In this document: positions 44,757 through 46,379 of the stretch, piece by piece
Numbering within the stretch: position 1 is the stretch's first letter
Layout: each line of letters starts with the position of its first letter
Source: Ectothiorhodospiraceae bacterium
Lineage (GTDB): Bacteria > Bacteroidota > Ignavibacteria > SZUA-365 > GCA-2699105
Reading direction: 5' to 3'
NCBI GenBank assembly: GCA_002699105.1
Contig: PABJ01000116.1
Location: 1 to 46,379 of the forward strand
DNA length: 46,379 nucleotides
Notes under the pieces: model-generated
Seen by the model: the letters and a program-made list of their open reading frames with translations, nothing else
The model's database searches: none
What the model was told of the DNA's origin: nothing
Made by a program: the position numbers and the translations under genes

Positions 44757-46379
44757 CGACGGCCTCTCCGGTTGTTACTGCGCTGCCAACTTCGCGCACA
44801 AGTTCTTCCAGCAATGCCTCAACGGCTTTCAGATCCGGGACATCATTGATAACAACCTGCACGGATTGCGCATCCTGGGTGAGTTTCATTCGGTCGTCGT
44901 TATCCATGATCCATGTAATGAGGGGCTGGAAGAAATGCTCGTAGAAATCCTCATCTTCCTGCGGTGGGAATCCGAGCAGCAGTTTGCCCTTCGACCAGGT
45001 CACGCGGGAGAGCCGCACCTTTGCCGCCTGCAGCCGGAGGCGAACGATGTAAAAGAGGTTCTCCGCTTCCTGCGTAAAGAGTCCGAAGCGGTCGAACACC
45101 TCTTCCTCCACTTGCTTGATCTCTTCTTCGCTCTGCGCATTGTAGAGCTTCTTGTAGAGTTCAAAGCGCTCGGTTGAGTTGCCGATATAGTCCTGCGGGA
45201 AGTATGCATCGAGTCCAAGTTCAACAATGACATCCGAACGCGGCTGGATGATTTTTTCTTTCGGCTGATCGGCGAAGAGATCGTTGAACTCCTCTTCTTT
45301 CAACTCCTGTACCGCCTCATCGACCGTCGCCATGTAGAGTTCGAATCCGATTTCGAAGATGAATCCGCTCTGCTCTGCCCCGAGAAGATTTCCCGCGCCG
45401 CGTATTTCCAGATCGCGCATTGAGAGGTGAAAGCCCGTCCCGAGTTCAGAGAACTCCTCGATTGCCTGAAGCCGCTTGAGGGCGTCGCGGCTGAGTTTCC
45501 CTTCCGTCGGGATGAGCAGGTACGCGAAGGCCTGCGTATTCGAACGCCCGACCCGCCCGCGCAGCTGGTAGAGCTCCGCGAGGCCAAACCGTTCGGATCT
45601 GTTGATGAAGATGGTGTTCGCGTTCGGTATGTCGAGGCCGGATTCGATGATCTTCGTCGCGACGAGAACGTCGATCTTCTTTTCCATGAACCGCATCATG
45701 ATCCGCTCAAGCTCAGTCGAACGCATCTGCCCATGCGCAACGGCAATACGCACATCCGGAAGCATGGAACGGAGCGTATCGGCGAGGTAGTCGATATCCT
45801 TCACCTTATCGTTGACGAAGTACACCTGCCCGCCGCGTTCGAGTTCATGGCGGATACCTTCTACAATAACATCCTTGCTCCAGGGAACAATACTCGTGAT
45901 AATCGGCAGGCGGTTCTTGGGCGGCGTTTCGATTGTGGAGAGATCGCGGGCGCCGAGCAGGGAGAAGTTCAGCGTTCGCGGGATGGGTGTTGCCGTCATT
46001 GTGAGCGTATCCACGTTCTCACGGAGCATGCGCAGCTTTTCTTTCGCAGCGACACCGAACCGGTGCTCTTCATCGACGACAAGAAGACCAAGGTTTGCGA
46101 ACGCGATATCCTTGCTCAATAACCTGTGCGTCCCGATGAGGATATCAACCTTGCCTGATTTCACCTTGCTCACGATCTCGGTCTGTTCGGCTTTCGTCCG
46201 GAAGCGTGAAATGACCTCCACCTCCACGGAGTAGCGGCTCAGCCGGTCGCGGAACGTGTTGTAGTGCTGCTGTGCGAGGATAGTCGTCGGCACAAGAATA
46301 GCGACCTGCTTCCCGTCCATGATCGCTTTGAACGCTGCCCGCACTGCGACCTCTGTCTTCCCGTAGCCGACATCACCGC
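44740..46379 (-). CDS. mfd: Transcription-repair coupling factor, 5'-truncated by the window edge
   Basis: GDVGYGKTEVA at the window end, VPTTILAQQH, DEEHRFG, TATPIPRTL, QLRGRVGR, RDLEIRGAGNLLG, TRCF C-terminal domain. Confidence 0.97.
   Translation of the reverse strand, partial: GDVGYGKTEVAVRAAFKAIMDGKQVAILVPTTILAQQHYNTFRDRLSRYSVEVEVISRFRTKAEQTEIVSKVKSGKVDILIGTHRLLSKDIAFANLGLLVVDEEHRFGVAAKEKLRMLRENVDTLTMTATPIPRTLNFSLLGARDLSTIETPPKNRLPIITSIVPWSKDVIVEGIRHELERGGQVYFVNDKVKDIDYLADTLRSMLPDVRIAVAHGQMRSTELERIMMRFMEKKIDVLVATKIIESGLDIPNANTIFINRSERFGLAELYQLRGRVGRSNTQAFAYLLIPTEGKLSRDALKRLQAIEEFSELGTGFHLSMRDLEIRGAGNLLGAEQSGFIFEIGFELYMATVDEAVQELKEEEFNDLFADQPKEKIIQPRSDVIVELGLDAYFPQDYIGNSTERFELYKKLYNAQSEEEIKQVEEEVFDRFGLFTQEAENLFYIVRLRLQAAKVRLSRVTWSKGKLLLGFPPQEDEDFYEHFFQPLITWIMDNDDRMKLTQDAQSVQVVINDVPDLKAVEALLEELVREVGSAVTTGEAVDEHAG

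Noticed and set aside
1-46379. CRISPR arrays, transposases, integrases, prophage genes, rRNA/tRNA and a cobalamin riboswitch near icmF
   Set aside because: No regularly spaced repeats or such motifs were seen by eye, and icmF has only an 11-bp upstream gap. A covariance-model scan would be needed to exclude small RNAs fully.

Overview
Gene-dense, moderately GC-rich bacterial chromosome segment. Four complete secreted proteins end in type IX secretion (T9SS) C-terminal sorting domains (PNP motif), and many genes have clear GGAG(G) Shine-Dalgarno sites. This suggests a deep-branching FCB-group organism such as an Ignavibacteria/Kapabacteria-like lineage (inference). In order, the window holds: two paralogous secreted proteins on the minus strand; an IgGFc-binding-domain T9SS protein; a CxC beta-barrel and a PD40/OmpA lipoprotein; rsmG with two uncharacterised lipoproteins; DUF5996; an EEP nuclease/phosphatase; and an NtrB/NtrC-type two-component pair. 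That pair is followed by a perfect sigma-54 promoter driving two small disordered DxDGDG proteins and a beta-barrel with a ~50-residue Gly-rich insert. Next come a blue-copper T9SS protein, a TonB-dependent receptor, a CxxC secreted protein, a VWA T9SS adhesin, the complete moxR-DUF58-batABCDE operon, a second CxC barrel and two SPOR lipoproteins. The window ends with paaG-like/icmF/split paaH-like acyl-CoA genes, a GH113-like protein and the 3' part of mfd. No tRNA, rRNA, CRISPR array or mobile element was recognised. The best candidates for undescribed biology are the sigma-54-controlled DxDGDG/Gly-loop-barrel operon, the RBS-sequestering leader of the EEP gene and the tandem TULIP-like lipoprotein pair. 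All family assignments come from motif recognition by eye; no database searches were run.
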